The notes: generated by a model from the letters alone, not told the origin. DNA of 50,725 bases from a virus (IMGVR_UViG_3300038334_000143:1-50725), one strand, 5' to 3'; shown: positions 1 to 10,435, counted from the first letter of the stretch. Numbers and translations are program-made.

Positions 1-1167
1 ATGGCAGATAAACCATTCTCTATATTCAAACGAGGCAAATACTATTACGTCCAGTTCAAGATGCCTGACGGGACTTTCGGCACCGCCAAGAGTTCCCGGC
101 AAACTACCATCGGCAGGGCCGAAAAATGGGCCGTTGAATACCTGCAGGCTGGACACGTAGCACAGAAAGGCAGCACTACGTTTGAATCGTTTACAAAGAA
201 CTTCTTCTCCTGGGATGAAGAATGGGCCAAAAATAAGAGGCTTGCGGGGAAGCGTACGTCAGAACGCGACTGTCTGGAAAAGAACAGTTTTCTCGAAGCT
301 CACATCGTGCCGCACCTTGGCTCTATGCGATTGCAGCAACTCGACAAAAAAACGATCATGGATTTTCGGAATAAGCTGTTTTACGATCTCGGCTTTTCCG
401 GCTCAACAGTAAACAAGGCTCTCGGCATGATCCGGTCAATTCTGGAGGCCGCAGAGGATAGGCGGTTGATTCAGTTTGTGCCAAAAATTGAAAGAGTGGC
501 ACAGCGGGCGGAAAAAGAGAAGGGTATCCTCACGATTGAAGAGGCGCGCAAAGTCCTGACGGCTCAATGGGAAGATCGCCGGGCGCACATTCTCAGCCTG
601 GCAGCGGCATCCACCGGTATGAGGCTCGGCGAACTGCTCGGGCTGCGGATTAAGAACTTTCACGGGGCATACATCGAAATTGCTCAGTCGTGGAATGAAC
701 ATCTCAATCGCCTGAACGACAGCACGAAGACGGGCAGGGCGCGGAACGTAGTGATCCCAGGAGCGGTTCGGGAGGGACTGCAAGAGCTTGTCGACGTCAA
801 TCCATGGATCGCAGCCCGTGGCGAGGAGGCGTTCATTTTCTTCTCCCCGGATCATGCTTGGCGACCGGCGCACGGTGATTACCTGGTACGATGTTTTTAC
901 CGGGCCATGGAACAAGTCGGGATCAGCGAGGAGGCGAGACAGGCCCGGAACATCACGTTTCACAGTTGGCGGTATTTCCTCAATTCTCTGCTCATCAACA
1001 GTAAGATACCCCTGCAAAAAGTGCAGTCGATCACCGGCCACTTAACCGACGAAATGAGCCAGCATTATTACGCGCTCTCAATCGGAGAAATGGAGGACGT
1101 GCGACAGATACAAGAAGGGATATTTTCGATAGACAAAAAAAGCGAAGGGGATATAAAAATTAATTGA
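1..1167 (+). CDS. int: Tyrosine recombinase/integrase
   Basis: Catalytic motifs TGMRLGEL (R), FHSWR (HxxR), GHLTDEMSQHY (H,Y); N-terminal arm-binding-like KRGKYYYVQF. Confidence 0.95.
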   Translation: MADKPFSIFKRGKYYYVQFKMPDGTFGTAKSSRQTTIGRAEKWAVEYLQAGHVAQKGSTTFESFTKNFFSWDEEWAKNKRLAGKRTSERDCLEKNSFLEAHIVPHLGSMRLQQLDKKTIMDFRNKLFYDLGFSGSTVNKALGMIRSILEAAEDRRLIQFVPKIERVAQRAEKEKGILTIEEARKVLTAQWEDRRAHILSLAAASTGMRLGELLGLRIKNFHGAYIEIAQSWNEHLNRLNDSTKTGRARNVVIPGAVREGLQELVDVNPWIAARGEEAFIFFSPDHAWRPAHGDYLVRCFYRAMEQVGISEEARQARNITFHSWRYFLNSLLINSKIPLQKVQSITGHLTDEMSQHYYALSIGEMEDVRQIQEGIFSIDKKSEGDIKIN

Positions 1168-1227
1168 CTTTGACACTACTTTACATTAATTTATGAGTAA
1201 TTAATCTAATATGGAGTGTGAAGAAAT

Positions 1228-1686
1228 ATGAAAAAGATTGCAGGTATTGTCATCGTAGCAATTCTCTTGACCTCAATTCAAGCTACGGGGGGAATATATG
1301 GCAAAATAGAAGGCTCTTTTGTTGTTGGCGAATCTGAATATTATCTGTATAAATACAAAGAAAACACTATAAATTTTGATGATTGCATGTATACTGATAT
1401 CCAACTGGGATATAGGTTTCATTTTTTTAACGACAACATGCAACTCGCAATATTTACAGGAATACAGACCTGGTGTTACTATAACGGATGGTCGCCAACG
1501 GACTTTAAGCCGTTTGAAGATATATACACAATTGGCAGCAATATCAAATATCGCGGGGCTTACCTCGAATATAAACATATTTGCGCGCATCCCGTTTCTC
1601 ATGAAAAATATTATATGGATGACCGATCATGGACATATGGAATCTCTACCGTGACAATAGGATATGAATTTGAATTCAAGGATTAG
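1228..1686 (+). CDS. Secreted/outer-membrane beta-rich moron protein
   Basis: Signal peptide MKKIAGIVIVAILL, aromatic-rich beta pattern, ends GYEFEFKD; AT-rich; TTGACA upstream and GGAG RBS. Confidence 0.65.
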   Translation: MKKIAGIVIVAILLTSIQATGGIYGKIEGSFVVGESEYYLYKYKENTINFDDCMYTDIQLGYRFHFFNDNMQLAIFTGIQTWCYYNGWSPTDFKPFEDIYTIGSNIKYRGAYLEYKHICAHPVSHEKYYMDDRSWTYGISTVTIGYEFEFKD

Positions 1687-2321
1687 TCTATATATTCAAT
1701 AGTTACCCAACCGCGATTGTAGGATGTTGCGTTATAATCGGCTCTATCAAAAGCACCGGATGCTGTTCTCCTAAGTGTTACATAAGTATCGGAAACCATG
1801 TAATACCCTCCACGTTCAAGACAGGTATCGTCATAACCAGAACTTGAATCGCTGTCAGACCTGATGTGAACGTGAACATTCCTTATTTTTGATCGAGTCA
1901 GTCCGTGCGTAACATTAACAATCTCGGTAGCATCCATATCCCAGTCGCCAATCTCGATATCTTTTTTTCTGAGAGTCGCGCCTGCGCTGCCAGTCTCCTT
2001 TATGCTGTCAATGCTGCCTACGATAGTGGACGAAAACGTCTTCACGCCCGCCACGGTCTGCGCACCTGTCAGCAATACAGCGAGATCAGAAAATGCCGCC
2101 TCCACCGCGTCAACAAAATCACTCGCCAGCACCGTCTCGTCCGTGTCGGAGAGTGTGCCATATTTCAGGATGAACGCAATTATCGCGTACAGTATGTCGT
2201 TGAACAGGTCTACTGTCGCCTGACTCCCTGTGTTGTCTCCCGGATTATCTTTCAGGCTCCCGGACGGGTATTCACTCGTTGCGGCATTATAATTGATCAG
2301 ATAACTCCGTATATCCTTCAT
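1683..2321 (-). CDS. Short tail fibre/receptor-binding-like protein
   Basis: Last gene of baseplate module; GAQTVAGVKTFSS fibre motif; AT-richer C-terminal part. Confidence 0.6.
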   Translation of the reverse strand: MKDIRSYLINYNAATSEYPSGSLKDNPGDNTGSQATVDLFNDILYAIIAFILKYGTLSDTDETVLASDFVDAVEAAFSDLAVLLTGAQTVAGVKTFSSTIVGSIDSIKETGSAGATLRKKDIEIGDWDMDATEIVNVTHGLTRSKIRNVHVHIRSDSDSSSGYDDTCLERGGYYMVSDTYVTLRRTASGAFDRADYNATSYNRGWVTIEYID

Positions 2322-2331
2322 GGCTTCCCCC

Positions 2332-3006
2332 TTAACTTACTATTTCAACCTGTGCAATGCACCGGTTCCGCATATATTTCAGGCTCGTGATTACTTTATA
2401 CAGATAATTGTATTGCTGTTGAGACAATTCCAGCAGTTCACCGGCAGCCGCCAGCCTGTCAGAAAACGGAGACAGAAAAAAATAATATCCCCAGTAAAAC
2501 GCATCGTCAGTGATTATCCATGATCCGCCCGTAGGGTGTGTGCCGACAATCAGTTCCCCTGGAACGAGTTCGGGATCAATATAGGTCAAGGGGCTACCAA
2601 ATTGTATTGTGCTGCTCATCTGGAAGTCTCCGAGTTGCAGCTCGTCCTCATCCGTCGGCAAGTTGAGATGAACATACAGGGCGAACCCGGCTTTCTGGAT
2701 TTGCTCTTCCAGCCACTCAGGGCCACCGTGTCCAACCAACGACGCCCTCTCAATAATCCTGTTGATCTTTTGTGCATCGGTCCCGGTCAAATATTGCGGT
2801 ATGCCGTATTTTTCGTTATAGTCTTCAATCGCGTCCGTGTCCATGTTCACGTTCGGCACCACGACAGACAGTACTCGATTTTTCATCTCAATCACGCGCC
2901 CGAATTCAACGGCCAACCCTTCAAGGAATAGGCGCACGGTCTCGAATCCGGGGAGATGGATTTTGACAAGAAGCCTGTTTAATGTCCGTGTGATTGAGTT
3001 TTCCAT
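2332..3006 (-). CDS. Baseplate wedge protein (Mu gp48/YmfQ-like)
   Basis: Follows baseplate J; size and YNEKYGIP motif fit. Confidence 0.6.
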   Translation of the reverse strand: MENSITRTLNRLLVKIHLPGFETVRLFLEGLAVEFGRVIEMKNRVLSVVVPNVNMDTDAIEDYNEKYGIPQYLTGTDAQKINRIIERASLVGHGGPEWLEEQIQKAGFALYVHLNLPTDEDELQLGDFQMSSTIQFGSPLTYIDPELVPGELIVGTHPTGGSWIITDDAFYWGYYFFLSPFSDRLAAAGELLELSQQQYNYLYKVITSLKYMRNRCIAQVEIVS

Positions 3007-3026
3007 GCTGTCCTCTATGCCATCCC

Positions 3027-4169
3027 CTATGATGTCACAAATGTCACGTTTCGCGTGGTTGCGAACTCCGAGCTTTCCAGCGTGTACTTATCGGCCACGA
3101 TCTCCACGCCGGTCTCCACGTCGGTAATTACAACGGCCACTACTGTGGCCCCGTCGTTCGACGCGATATCATCAGCCACATTCGATACGTTAGACGTGGT
3201 AATCGTGTCTTTTTTCGTCGTGGTCACGCCCTCGATATACGGTTCGAGCGATTCGAGATAATCTTTCAGCGCGTCGGTGATCTCGTCCTCGATGTCCGAT
3301 GTCGAGTCTACTATAGTGACCTCGACGTCAAATTGGTGTATGGTTATCGGGTGAGTCTCTACAAGATCGGCAATCGGCGCGCGGTCAGCCTTCCCGGTAT
3401 CAGGATCGTATTTCAGATATGACAGCAGTTCAGCCAGTTGCGCCGTTGTCGGAATCCCCGTGGCGGTGTTATTCACTTTCCCGTAAACAAGAATCTTATT
3501 CGTCACAGTCACGTCGTTGTACGGCCCCACCCATATGAAGTTCGGACACTCCATACCCCACATGTAATAATCATAGGGGCTGCCGCCCGTGGCGCGATGC
3601 CTGAATCGGGAAACGACCCGCTTCCTGAAATCCTCTTTGTCCTCAATATCCGCACCCTCAGTCTGTACACTCGTAACTGTCGCAATACCATCGAGAGACA
3701 GGTCAGTCTGGCAAATGTTCAGCTCATCGTCAACAGCGAGATTCCCGATCTCTCCGGCGGTAAGCGCAAGCATCGGCACGCCGGTTGCTTCTCCCGATAC
3801 GATTGCAGTTGTAGTCGTAACCTTGTATATGACTCCGTTCGGCCCGGTAAATAGCGTGCCACTCGCAACGCTCGCCCCGGAACCTGGGACGGTGCAGAGA
3901 ATCACAGCGGCGGTCTCGGCTTTCGGCGTAACTCCGAAAATGGCACCCAACAGAATCAGTGCGGTATAGTCTGCCGTCTGCGGGAAAATCTGTTTATACA
4001 CCCACATAATCGCCATGTACAGCAGCACGATAACCCCGGCAAGTGAACCGGCCAGCACGGAATTAAAGGTTTTCGGGAGCCATGGGACATTTTGCCCGAT
4101 CTTTCCCTCTATGTCTGATATGATCCGGGCTTTTATTGTCCCTATGGTTGGAATTGTAGGTATCGACAT
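3027..4169 (-). CDS. Baseplate J-like protein (Mu gp47-like)
   Basis: Motifs QIFPQTAD, AGEIGNL, GADIEDKEDFRKR, GGSPYDYYMW. Confidence 0.92.
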   Translation of the reverse strand: MSIPTIPTIGTIKARIISDIEGKIGQNVPWLPKTFNSVLAGSLAGVIVLLYMAIMWVYKQIFPQTADYTALILLGAIFGVTPKAETAAVILCTVPGSGASVASGTLFTGPNGVIYKVTTTTAIVSGEATGVPMLALTAGEIGNLAVDDELNICQTDLSLDGIATVTSVQTEGADIEDKEDFRKRVVSRFRHRATGGSPYDYYMWGMECPNFIWVGPYNDVTVTNKILVYGKVNNTATGIPTTAQLAELLSYLKYDPDTGKADRAPIADLVETHPITIHQFDVEVTIVDSTSDIEDEITDALKDYLESLEPYIEGVTTTKKDTITTSNVSNVADDIASNDGATVVAVVITDVETGVEIVADKYTLESSEFATTRNVTFVTS

Positions 4170-4181
4170 GCTGTCACGCTC

Positions 4182-4640
4182 CTATTCGTAAGACTGCCAC
4201 ACGGCATCCCATTTATTTCGGGTGTCATATGTGGCCCGATACCTGGATGTGCCGCCGTCAGGCCTCTCAATCTTGATCTCCCACATGATCCCGTACACGC
4301 TGAGAATCTGTCCTGTGACAGTGACGCTCTTCGCGGCCTTTACATCGGTGAGGAATTGTAACGCCCTGCGTAACGCCTGGACGCCGTCGTTCTTCGTCTT
4401 CTCGGTCACTACGCCGCGCTCAATCACCGCCGGGAAGTCAGATATGAATTTTTCCGCCTCAGTTTTGGCGATTAGATTCTGCCATGTATTTTTATCACCG
4501 AATACGGCGAGCAGCACGGCAGAGTCGAACCCCTGGGTCATTTCCGGCTGTCCGTTGGTGAATATAACGTCGTAATCGCCTTCGTTGTCGCCGGAGGCAA
4601 TACGCTGAATTTTTATGTCGCCGTCGAATCGGTCTGTCAT
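4182..4640 (-). CDS. Baseplate protein (Mu gp46-like)
   Basis: SAVLLAVFGD and RRALQFL...IKIERPDG motifs; synteny. Confidence 0.8.
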   Translation of the reverse strand: MTDRFDGDIKIQRIASGDNEGDYDVIFTNGQPEMTQGFDSAVLLAVFGDKNTWQNLIAKTEAEKFISDFPAVIERGVVTEKTKNDGVQALRRALQFLTDVKAAKSVTVTGQILSVYGIMWEIKIERPDGGTSRYRATYDTRNKWDAVWQSYE

Positions 4641-4825
4641 GAGAGAGCCCCTGTCGCTGATCCGGTGCCAAGAGTCACCCCTGTGACCGTTACAGTAGCG
4701 GAGAGAATCGCATTCTGTATTATCGTAGCCATGGCGTCGGCAAAAGCTTCGTCACTCATGCCTGATTGCGCGGACGTATAGAGAGCCTGTAATGCCTCTT
4801 TAATATCTGCCTTTACTACTGCCAT
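4637..4825 (-). CDS. Small baseplate/spike-tip-associated protein
   Basis: 62 aa between spike and gp46-like genes, GGAGG RBS, translationally coupled. Confidence 0.55.
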   Translation of the reverse strand: MAVVKADIKEALQALYTSAQSGMSDEAFADAMATIIQNAILSATVTVTGVTLGTGSATGALS

Positions 4826-4837
4826 CAGTTTGCCTCC

Positions 4838-5320
4838 CTATCCGAGAAGAGATTCCGCTCTTGTTTTTATCGCGTTCAAATTCGTCTGACTTGCCGGGCT
4901 CACCGTATGATTCGCCGGACTGCCAATTGTCTGTATTGCGACGATCTCATCTATCAAATCCGACACTATCGCCCTGAGACTCTCGGTTTGGTTTTCGACT
5001 ACGATTGTCCCGTCCACCTTGCAATGCACGGTTGCACATAACGCACCCGATGAATCCATAGAATAAAGGACGGTCTCTCCCGTGTCAATATCTTTTTGCA
5101 AACTATAGTTATGTGATGCGACAATTATTTTCATGCCGCCAACGGTAAGCTCAACGTTCTGCGTCCCGGCAATTGGACGGCCAAAGACTCCCGGAGAAGA
5201 ATAGACTTCCATATCCGCAGCGGTCCCGCCGATGCCGTTTACTGTGGCCACAAGAGATTTCCCCGGTGCCCCCTGGATTTTCTTCAACGTGGTCTTGACA
5301 ATCTCGACTAACGACGCCAC
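4838..5320 (-). CDS. Baseplate spike (Mu gp45-like)
   Basis: PGVFGRP and GETVLYS motifs; synteny. Confidence 0.75.
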   Translation of the reverse strand: MASLVEIVKTTLKKIQGAPGKSLVATVNGIGGTAADMEVYSSPGVFGRPIAGTQNVELTVGGMKIIVASHNYSLQKDIDTGETVLYSMDSSGALCATVHCKVDGTIVVENQTESLRAIVSDLIDEIVAIQTIGSPANHTVSPASQTNLNAIKTRAESLLG

Positions 5321-6633
5321 GGGATCACCTCCGGGTCATTAAGAGTAAACGCCGCAGGGAGGGAAAGAGTAAGGTCTGCCGTGTTGCCGCCAGAATCGTC
5401 TTTCGTGAAATTCACCGACGTGATTAAAAATTCGGTCTCGGTAAAGATACAAGCCCGAGGGAAATGCAACGTAACCTTTGTGTTTTCACGCCACAGATCG
5501 CCGGCAGGAGTCCTCCATCCCCACACGTGCGCGGTCAAGGGAATAGAGGAGGCGAGTGCACGGTTTTTCTGCCACTTTGCGACATCAGAAATATTCCCCG
5601 GTGTAGTGTCATCGGCCTGGAATATAGTTGGCCGATACACGGGAACTGATTCGTCCATGATTTCAGACCGTCCAGCGGGTTTCCCATGGGATTGTCCGAC
5701 AGCGATATAATGCGAAAATCGCGTGGACCCGTTAAACGATGCCCCTGTAACGGCGATAAGCGGATAATGTCCGGCTACGAGCGCAACGGCCGGGACAGAA
5801 TCAACAGCGGCCCTGGCGAACACCATTTCGCTATCAGGACCGGACGTGATAATAAAGCCTTTCTGTGTAGCGAGCCGCGAGAGGAACCCGAAAACTGTGT
5901 CCGTGATCTGCCGGTTTGCCTTTACAAACGTGTCGGTGTCGCCATCAGGAAAATTTGTTATCAGCCCGAACGGTGCAAGTACTTTCTCGGCTATCTGCCG
6001 TAGAGTCATGCCGTTATAATCAAGAGCCATATCGAGCGATTGGCAATCCACTGTCACTCCGGGGAGAGAACGCACCTCGACAATCATGCTTCCGCTCTCA
6101 ATTTCAGGGGTCCATTTAAGCATCTCGCCGGATATAAATTTTTCTCCACCGATAAAAAGATCGGCCTTATAATAGGTGTATGGATCAAGAATTTTCGATT
6201 CTTCCCTATCTGGATCATAGTTTGCCGTAAATAAGAACCCGTCTGCGCACGTCTCCATGTTACGGGATATAGTGAGTGCCTCAAATCCTCGGTATATCTT
6301 GCCTTCAATGCGGATTGCGATCTCTTCTGGATCGTCTGCCGGAATTGTGTCCGGTTGTTTCGGCTTATTGTCTGACGGTGGAAGCCATATCATGTCACCC
6401 GGGTGGATATATGGCTGGAAGTTGCGAGGGTGGACTGGCCGCGTCTGCAAAAACGGGTTTGCCTGGATAATGTCGGCAATGCGGTCTTTCCCGTATGTGG
6501 ACATGGAAATTGAATCAAGCCACGCACCTTTCGGAACCTTGTACCATGTTCCGGAGACCGGTTTAGGGCTGGTTTCATAGAATTTGAGCCGGTCCTCATA
6601 AAGAGTCTGCTGGAATGCGGAACGATCAGCCAT
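5308..6633 (-). CDS. Baseplate hub (Mu gpP/gp44-like) with N-terminal LysM/Tail-X-like domain
   Basis: YKVPKG...IIQANP...IHPGDMIWLP LysM pattern; RFSHYIAVGQ and VWGWRTPAGDLWRENT hub motifs. Confidence 0.85.
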   Translation of the reverse strand: MADRSAFQQTLYEDRLKFYETSPKPVSGTWYKVPKGAWLDSISMSTYGKDRIADIIQANPFLQTRPVHPRNFQPYIHPGDMIWLPPSDNKPKQPDTIPADDPEEIAIRIEGKIYRGFEALTISRNMETCADGFLFTANYDPDREESKILDPYTYYKADLFIGGEKFISGEMLKWTPEIESGSMIVEVRSLPGVTVDCQSLDMALDYNGMTLRQIAEKVLAPFGLITNFPDGDTDTFVKANRQITDTVFGFLSRLATQKGFIITSGPDSEMVFARAAVDSVPAVALVAGHYPLIAVTGASFNGSTRFSHYIAVGQSHGKPAGRSEIMDESVPVYRPTIFQADDTTPGNISDVAKWQKNRALASSIPLTAHVWGWRTPAGDLWRENTKVTLHFPRACIFTETEFLITSVNFTKDDSGGNTADLTLSLPAAFTLNDPEVIPWRR

Positions 6634-7891
6634 AGCTCACCACCTCAACCCCGGCCGGTATCTCCACGAACTGATCACCGGTCAAGCCATTCGTCCGGCA
6701 GAAAAAATCCAACGTGTCGTTATCGACCGCGCCGTACAGTTCCGCGCACAGTGTTATCGGGTCACTCGGAGCAGTCAAAACTTTCCGCCGTTCGGCCTTC
6801 AGATCAAACGACTTATTGAGCAGCATCCCCGTTATTCGTGCGATAATATCCTGCAATAGTGACAGATAATTATGGTCCCCGGTGTAAGTCTGGCCGATGG
6901 CTCCTGTTACCGCCGCCGATTCCATGGCGTCTATAAATGCCTCATAACCATCGAGAATAATGCCAATGGCCGCCGATCCGTCCGGCCGTGTCTCATATTC
7001 TGTATATACTGCGGCCTCTGCCAGCGCGGCAGTCGCCATCCCGCCGAGGATTTCAAGCAGGATCGCATTATTGATCTGGTTCTCTGTCACGGTCTCGTTC
7101 GGGTCGTCGATGCCGTTAATCAGACCGTCGATCATGTCCCGGTAGCCGTTAATTTTATCCATGGTGTCGGTAATAATTCGGCCTGGTAATCGTATGAGAT
7201 ATTGAATCGAGGCGATAACATCCACGATGCTGCCGCCCACCTCATCTATCGTATCGTTGATCGCGCTCTGTACTGCCTCGAAATCTGCGATAATTGACTC
7301 GGAGAGTTCCGCAATGGCTTTCAAAGACCCGACAACGGCACTGATCGAGTTTTTTAATTTACCTTTCAGGTTCGCCAGGGTAGACGGATTCGTTGTTTTT
7401 AGGCCGTCGGTCATGCCGGACGACGCGCTCTGCATCTCGTTAACCTGCGCAACTGCTGCACTCTCGGTAAGCGCATCGGTGACCGGGTATCCGGTAGGGA
7501 ATACTTTTCTAAACTCAACTGAAAAATGAGCTACCTGTGAGCCGTCAACGAACTTCTCCGATTGTGTCCACTTAACTGGGAATACATCAATATCCCCCCA
7601 ACGAGGATGCTGCAAGAGTCCCGATTGGTCCTGGGTGTAGTGCTCACCGAGAGCGTCAAAAAAGGCGTCCGCCGCCTCGTGATAGTTCTCACCGGTGAAA
7701 TATATTTCCATAGGGAAAACCAACGCGATATTGCCCTGATCCTGCGCCGTTGACTCGTCGCTGTCGAGGACTTCTTTCCCGGCGATTATCTTCCCTGCCT
7801 GGCGTTCGAGGTCGTTGAATTTGAAAGAGTGTTCGCTGCCGGACTCAGGAGCAATGAAGCAACCGGGCCGTAGGTCGTCGAGATAGCTCAT
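6626..7891 (-). CDS. DNA circularisation protein (Mu gpN-like)
   Basis: QDQG and GLLQHPRWG motifs; follows tape measure. Confidence 0.8.
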   Translation of the reverse strand: MSYLDDLRPGCFIAPESGSEHSFKFNDLERQAGKIIAGKEVLDSDESTAQDQGNIALVFPMEIYFTGENYHEAADAFFDALGEHYTQDQSGLLQHPRWGDIDVFPVKWTQSEKFVDGSQVAHFSVEFRKVFPTGYPVTDALTESAAVAQVNEMQSASSGMTDGLKTTNPSTLANLKGKLKNSISAVVGSLKAIAELSESIIADFEAVQSAINDTIDEVGGSIVDVIASIQYLIRLPGRIITDTMDKINGYRDMIDGLINGIDDPNETVTENQINNAILLEILGGMATAALAEAAVYTEYETRPDGSAAIGIILDGYEAFIDAMESAAVTGAIGQTYTGDHNYLSLLQDIIARITGMLLNKSFDLKAERRKVLTAPSDPITLCAELYGAVDNDTLDFFCRTNGLTGDQFVEIPAGVEVVSYG

Positions 7892-9735
7892 CAGTTCACC
7901 CCATAGTTGAGAGTCAGGCCCGGAGCCGGTCGACCGGAGGCCTTCGCCGTTGAGCCTTTCGGTGCACCGTTGATATTGACATCCAACGTCGTGTTGTTGT
8001 TCGTGGTAGTCTCGCTCTTCATGGACTCAGGGGAAGAAAAGAACTTCCTTCCAGTGCTCCTGAGTGTAACCTCTCCGGGGTCAAGCCCTTTTTTCTTCAT
8101 CAGGAGGGCGCGCTGTGCGGTCATGATATCGCTCTCAATCAGTGACATCCCGAACTCCTTAAACGCCCCCTGCGCAACGGCTTTATCCATCATGCCGAGA
8201 GTAGCCATAACATCGAGAACCTGGTACTTGATAGCCTGCCAGCCAAGGAGAATCTCATGCAGTTTGAGCTTAAAATTGAGTGAATACAAGTCCCAGTTAT
8301 CGACCAGGTCTTTTATCGCAATGCCGAGAGCCACTACAGCAGCTATCGTGAGACCGACCGGATTGGCTGCGAGTAGAAAATTAAGCGCTGCCTGGGCAAT
8401 TACCCATGCCTTAACAGCCGCGACGACTCCCAGTAAGATCGGAAGCGAGGGGCCGAGAATGCGGAATAATTCGCGCACTACTACAAGAATTAACTTCACC
8501 GTCTGGACGATCGGCTTCATATCAAATTTATTTATCGATTCGGTCAAGCTGTCGAGTCCGTCCCGTGCATCTCCATCGAATGCCTCAAAAAAGCGGAAAC
8601 CCATTTCCGTGGCAGCGGAGGCGAGAATCTTTATCCTATTACCGAGAGACTGCCGCATCATGGCCGCCGTCTGCTCCATGACCTGCTGTGGGTCTTTCCC
8701 CATACGAATGAGCTGCTCTCTGATCTGGTTTATGTTCTGTGCTATAACAGCACCGCCAGCGATCCCTCGGAGACCAAACAGGTCTTTAAATACTGCCGAC
8801 TGCTCAACTTTCGTGAGCTTCTCCATGCCGTTACCTATCAGGCCGAAGATATCAACGGTCGATTTCAGTTTCCCGGTGGAGTCTATCAGGTCTTTCTGTG
8901 TAAGGCCCAGCTTCGCAAGGGCCGAATGAACTGCATCAGTAGGGGCTGAAAGATTCAGAAAAACGTTTTTAAGTGCCGTGGCTGCCACGCTTCCCTTAAT
9001 ACCAGCGGACCCGAGGACAGAGACGGTGGCAATGGTATCCGCCATACCCTTTCCGGCCTGTGTGGCAATCGGGGCGACCATTTTCAACGTCTCGAAGAGG
9101 TCTTCCATGGTCACGTTCGCCGACAGCGTACCGACGGCGAGAAGCGCGTTCATCTCTTTAAGCATGGCAATTTTCTTCGATGACTCCAAGGCGGAACCAC
9201 CGAAACCGCCGAGAAGGTCAGACGAGATGTCCGCCACGCGCATAAAGTCCTCACCTGTTACCGTGGCGAGGTCAACCTGAGATTTCAGTACCGCGATGGC
9301 CTCTGAGGAGGTGAAACCGGCAAGAGCAAATTTATCAAGCCCCTGTGCTGCAAGTGTGGCCGTGAACTGAGTCTCGGCTCCTGTTTTTCTGGCGGCCTCC
9401 CGTAAATTCTCCATGACTTTCGCCATGTCGGTTCCCGGTTTTTCTGCCGCCTTGAATCGGGCCGTGGCTCCATAGATCGCATCGTCAAATTGAACATACT
9501 CTCGTGCTGCGAGACCGACACCCAGGGCAAGAGAAGCTGCCAGGCCTGTAGCAATAGTCGATTTCGCCATACGGTTTATACGATTATTTACCCGCTGAAT
9601 ATGTTGATCGAGGGACCGAAATTTGCTTTGCATCTGGCGGGAAAATGTCGCAACATTGCCAGCTGCACGACGCATCGGACCGGTCATTTTGTCGGTCATT
9701 GCGAGTATTGCTTCGAGTGAGAACTTGCTTGCCAT
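7891..9735 (-). CDS. Tape measure protein
   Basis: Ala/Gly-rich; ETQFTAT, AGIKGSVAATAL, ANPVGL motifs. Confidence 0.92.
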   Translation of the reverse strand: MASKFSLEAILAMTDKMTGPMRRAAGNVATFSRQMQSKFRSLDQHIQRVNNRINRMAKSTIATGLAASLALGVGLAAREYVQFDDAIYGATARFKAAEKPGTDMAKVMENLREAARKTGAETQFTATLAAQGLDKFALAGFTSSEAIAVLKSQVDLATVTGEDFMRVADISSDLLGGFGGSALESSKKIAMLKEMNALLAVGTLSANVTMEDLFETLKMVAPIATQAGKGMADTIATVSVLGSAGIKGSVAATALKNVFLNLSAPTDAVHSALAKLGLTQKDLIDSTGKLKSTVDIFGLIGNGMEKLTKVEQSAVFKDLFGLRGIAGGAVIAQNINQIREQLIRMGKDPQQVMEQTAAMMRQSLGNRIKILASAATEMGFRFFEAFDGDARDGLDSLTESINKFDMKPIVQTVKLILVVVRELFRILGPSLPILLGVVAAVKAWVIAQAALNFLLAANPVGLTIAAVVALGIAIKDLVDNWDLYSLNFKLKLHEILLGWQAIKYQVLDVMATLGMMDKAVAQGAFKEFGMSLIESDIMTAQRALLMKKKGLDPGEVTLRSTGRKFFSSPESMKSETTTNNNTTLDVNINGAPKGSTAKASGRPAPGLTLNYGVN

Positions 9736-9758
9736 TGCCTATCCGTTGTCCCTTGCGT

Positions 9759-10055
9759 TTAACCTGAGTTGAGCCTTTCGCGTCTCTTTTGAATCTCTTC
9801 ATCCACGAGTCCCCGGAGTTTTTCCGGGTCCGGGATTTCTTTGTTTTCTTTTCGAAATTTTGTAATGATATCCTCTTCTGTGACCTGCCGCTCGCATATC
9901 TCATACCAGAAAAACAGATCGCGTCGCTTGTATGTCATCAGTACGGGGATCGGGAGTGACCCCCGGTAATAACGACCGAGCATTCCGACAAGCTCGAATA
10001 GGGCTGAGTACTCAACGATTACCCTCTCGAACTGCCGGTTTGTGCGAAAAAACCC
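9759..10055 (-). CDS. Tail assembly chaperone GT extension (read by -1 frameshift)
   Basis: Open -1 frame entered at GGGTTTT (10055-10049), ending just before tape measure. Confidence 0.8.
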   Translation of the reverse strand, partial: GFFRTNRQFERVIVEYSALFELVGMLGRYYRGSLPIPVLMTYKRRDLFFWYEICERQVTEEDIITKFRKENKEIPDPEKLRGLVDEEIQKRRERLNSG

Positions 10056-10435
10056 AGTACCACCGCGTTGATCTTGCCGATGTCGCGCTGTTTTATCCTG
10101 GAAACAAATCCGACGGGAATGCCGCACGCTTTCGACAGCAGAGCCGTAGCCTGGTCGATGGACTGATTGTCTTTGAACCGCTGAATCTCTTTGTTCTCGT
10201 TCATGTCGGTCTCTTTGATCGTCAAAATCTCAATCGAGCCGCTTCCATCCTGCTTTACGATGGGAGAAAGAAGTTTGTATCGAAACACTTCCTCTTCGAG
10301 ATCAAAATCGAGCCGGTCTTTCATGACCGGCAATGTAAGCTCCTCTACAACGTCCTTGAAATGTTCTCGCTCCGTGTCCACTTCCAGACATTCCGCCCAT
10401 TCGTAAATCTTCTTTATTGCGTCGCCTCTCTCCAT
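10019..10435 (-). CDS. Tail assembly chaperone (G)
   Basis: Between tube and tape measure; GGAGG RBS before MERGD; slippery site near 3' end. Confidence 0.8.
   Translation of the reverse strand: MERGDAIKKIYEWAECLEVDTEREHFKDVVEELTLPVMKDRLDFDLEEEVFRYKLLSPIVKQDGSGSIEILTIKETDMNENKEIQRFKDNQSIDQATALLSKACGIPVGFVSRIKQRDIGKINAVVLGFFAQTGSSRG

Noticed and set aside
7907-8929. 340-aa plus-strand ORF and many similar antisense ORFs in the late arm
   Set aside because: Shadow frames of well-supported minus-strand structural genes; no motifs or RBS
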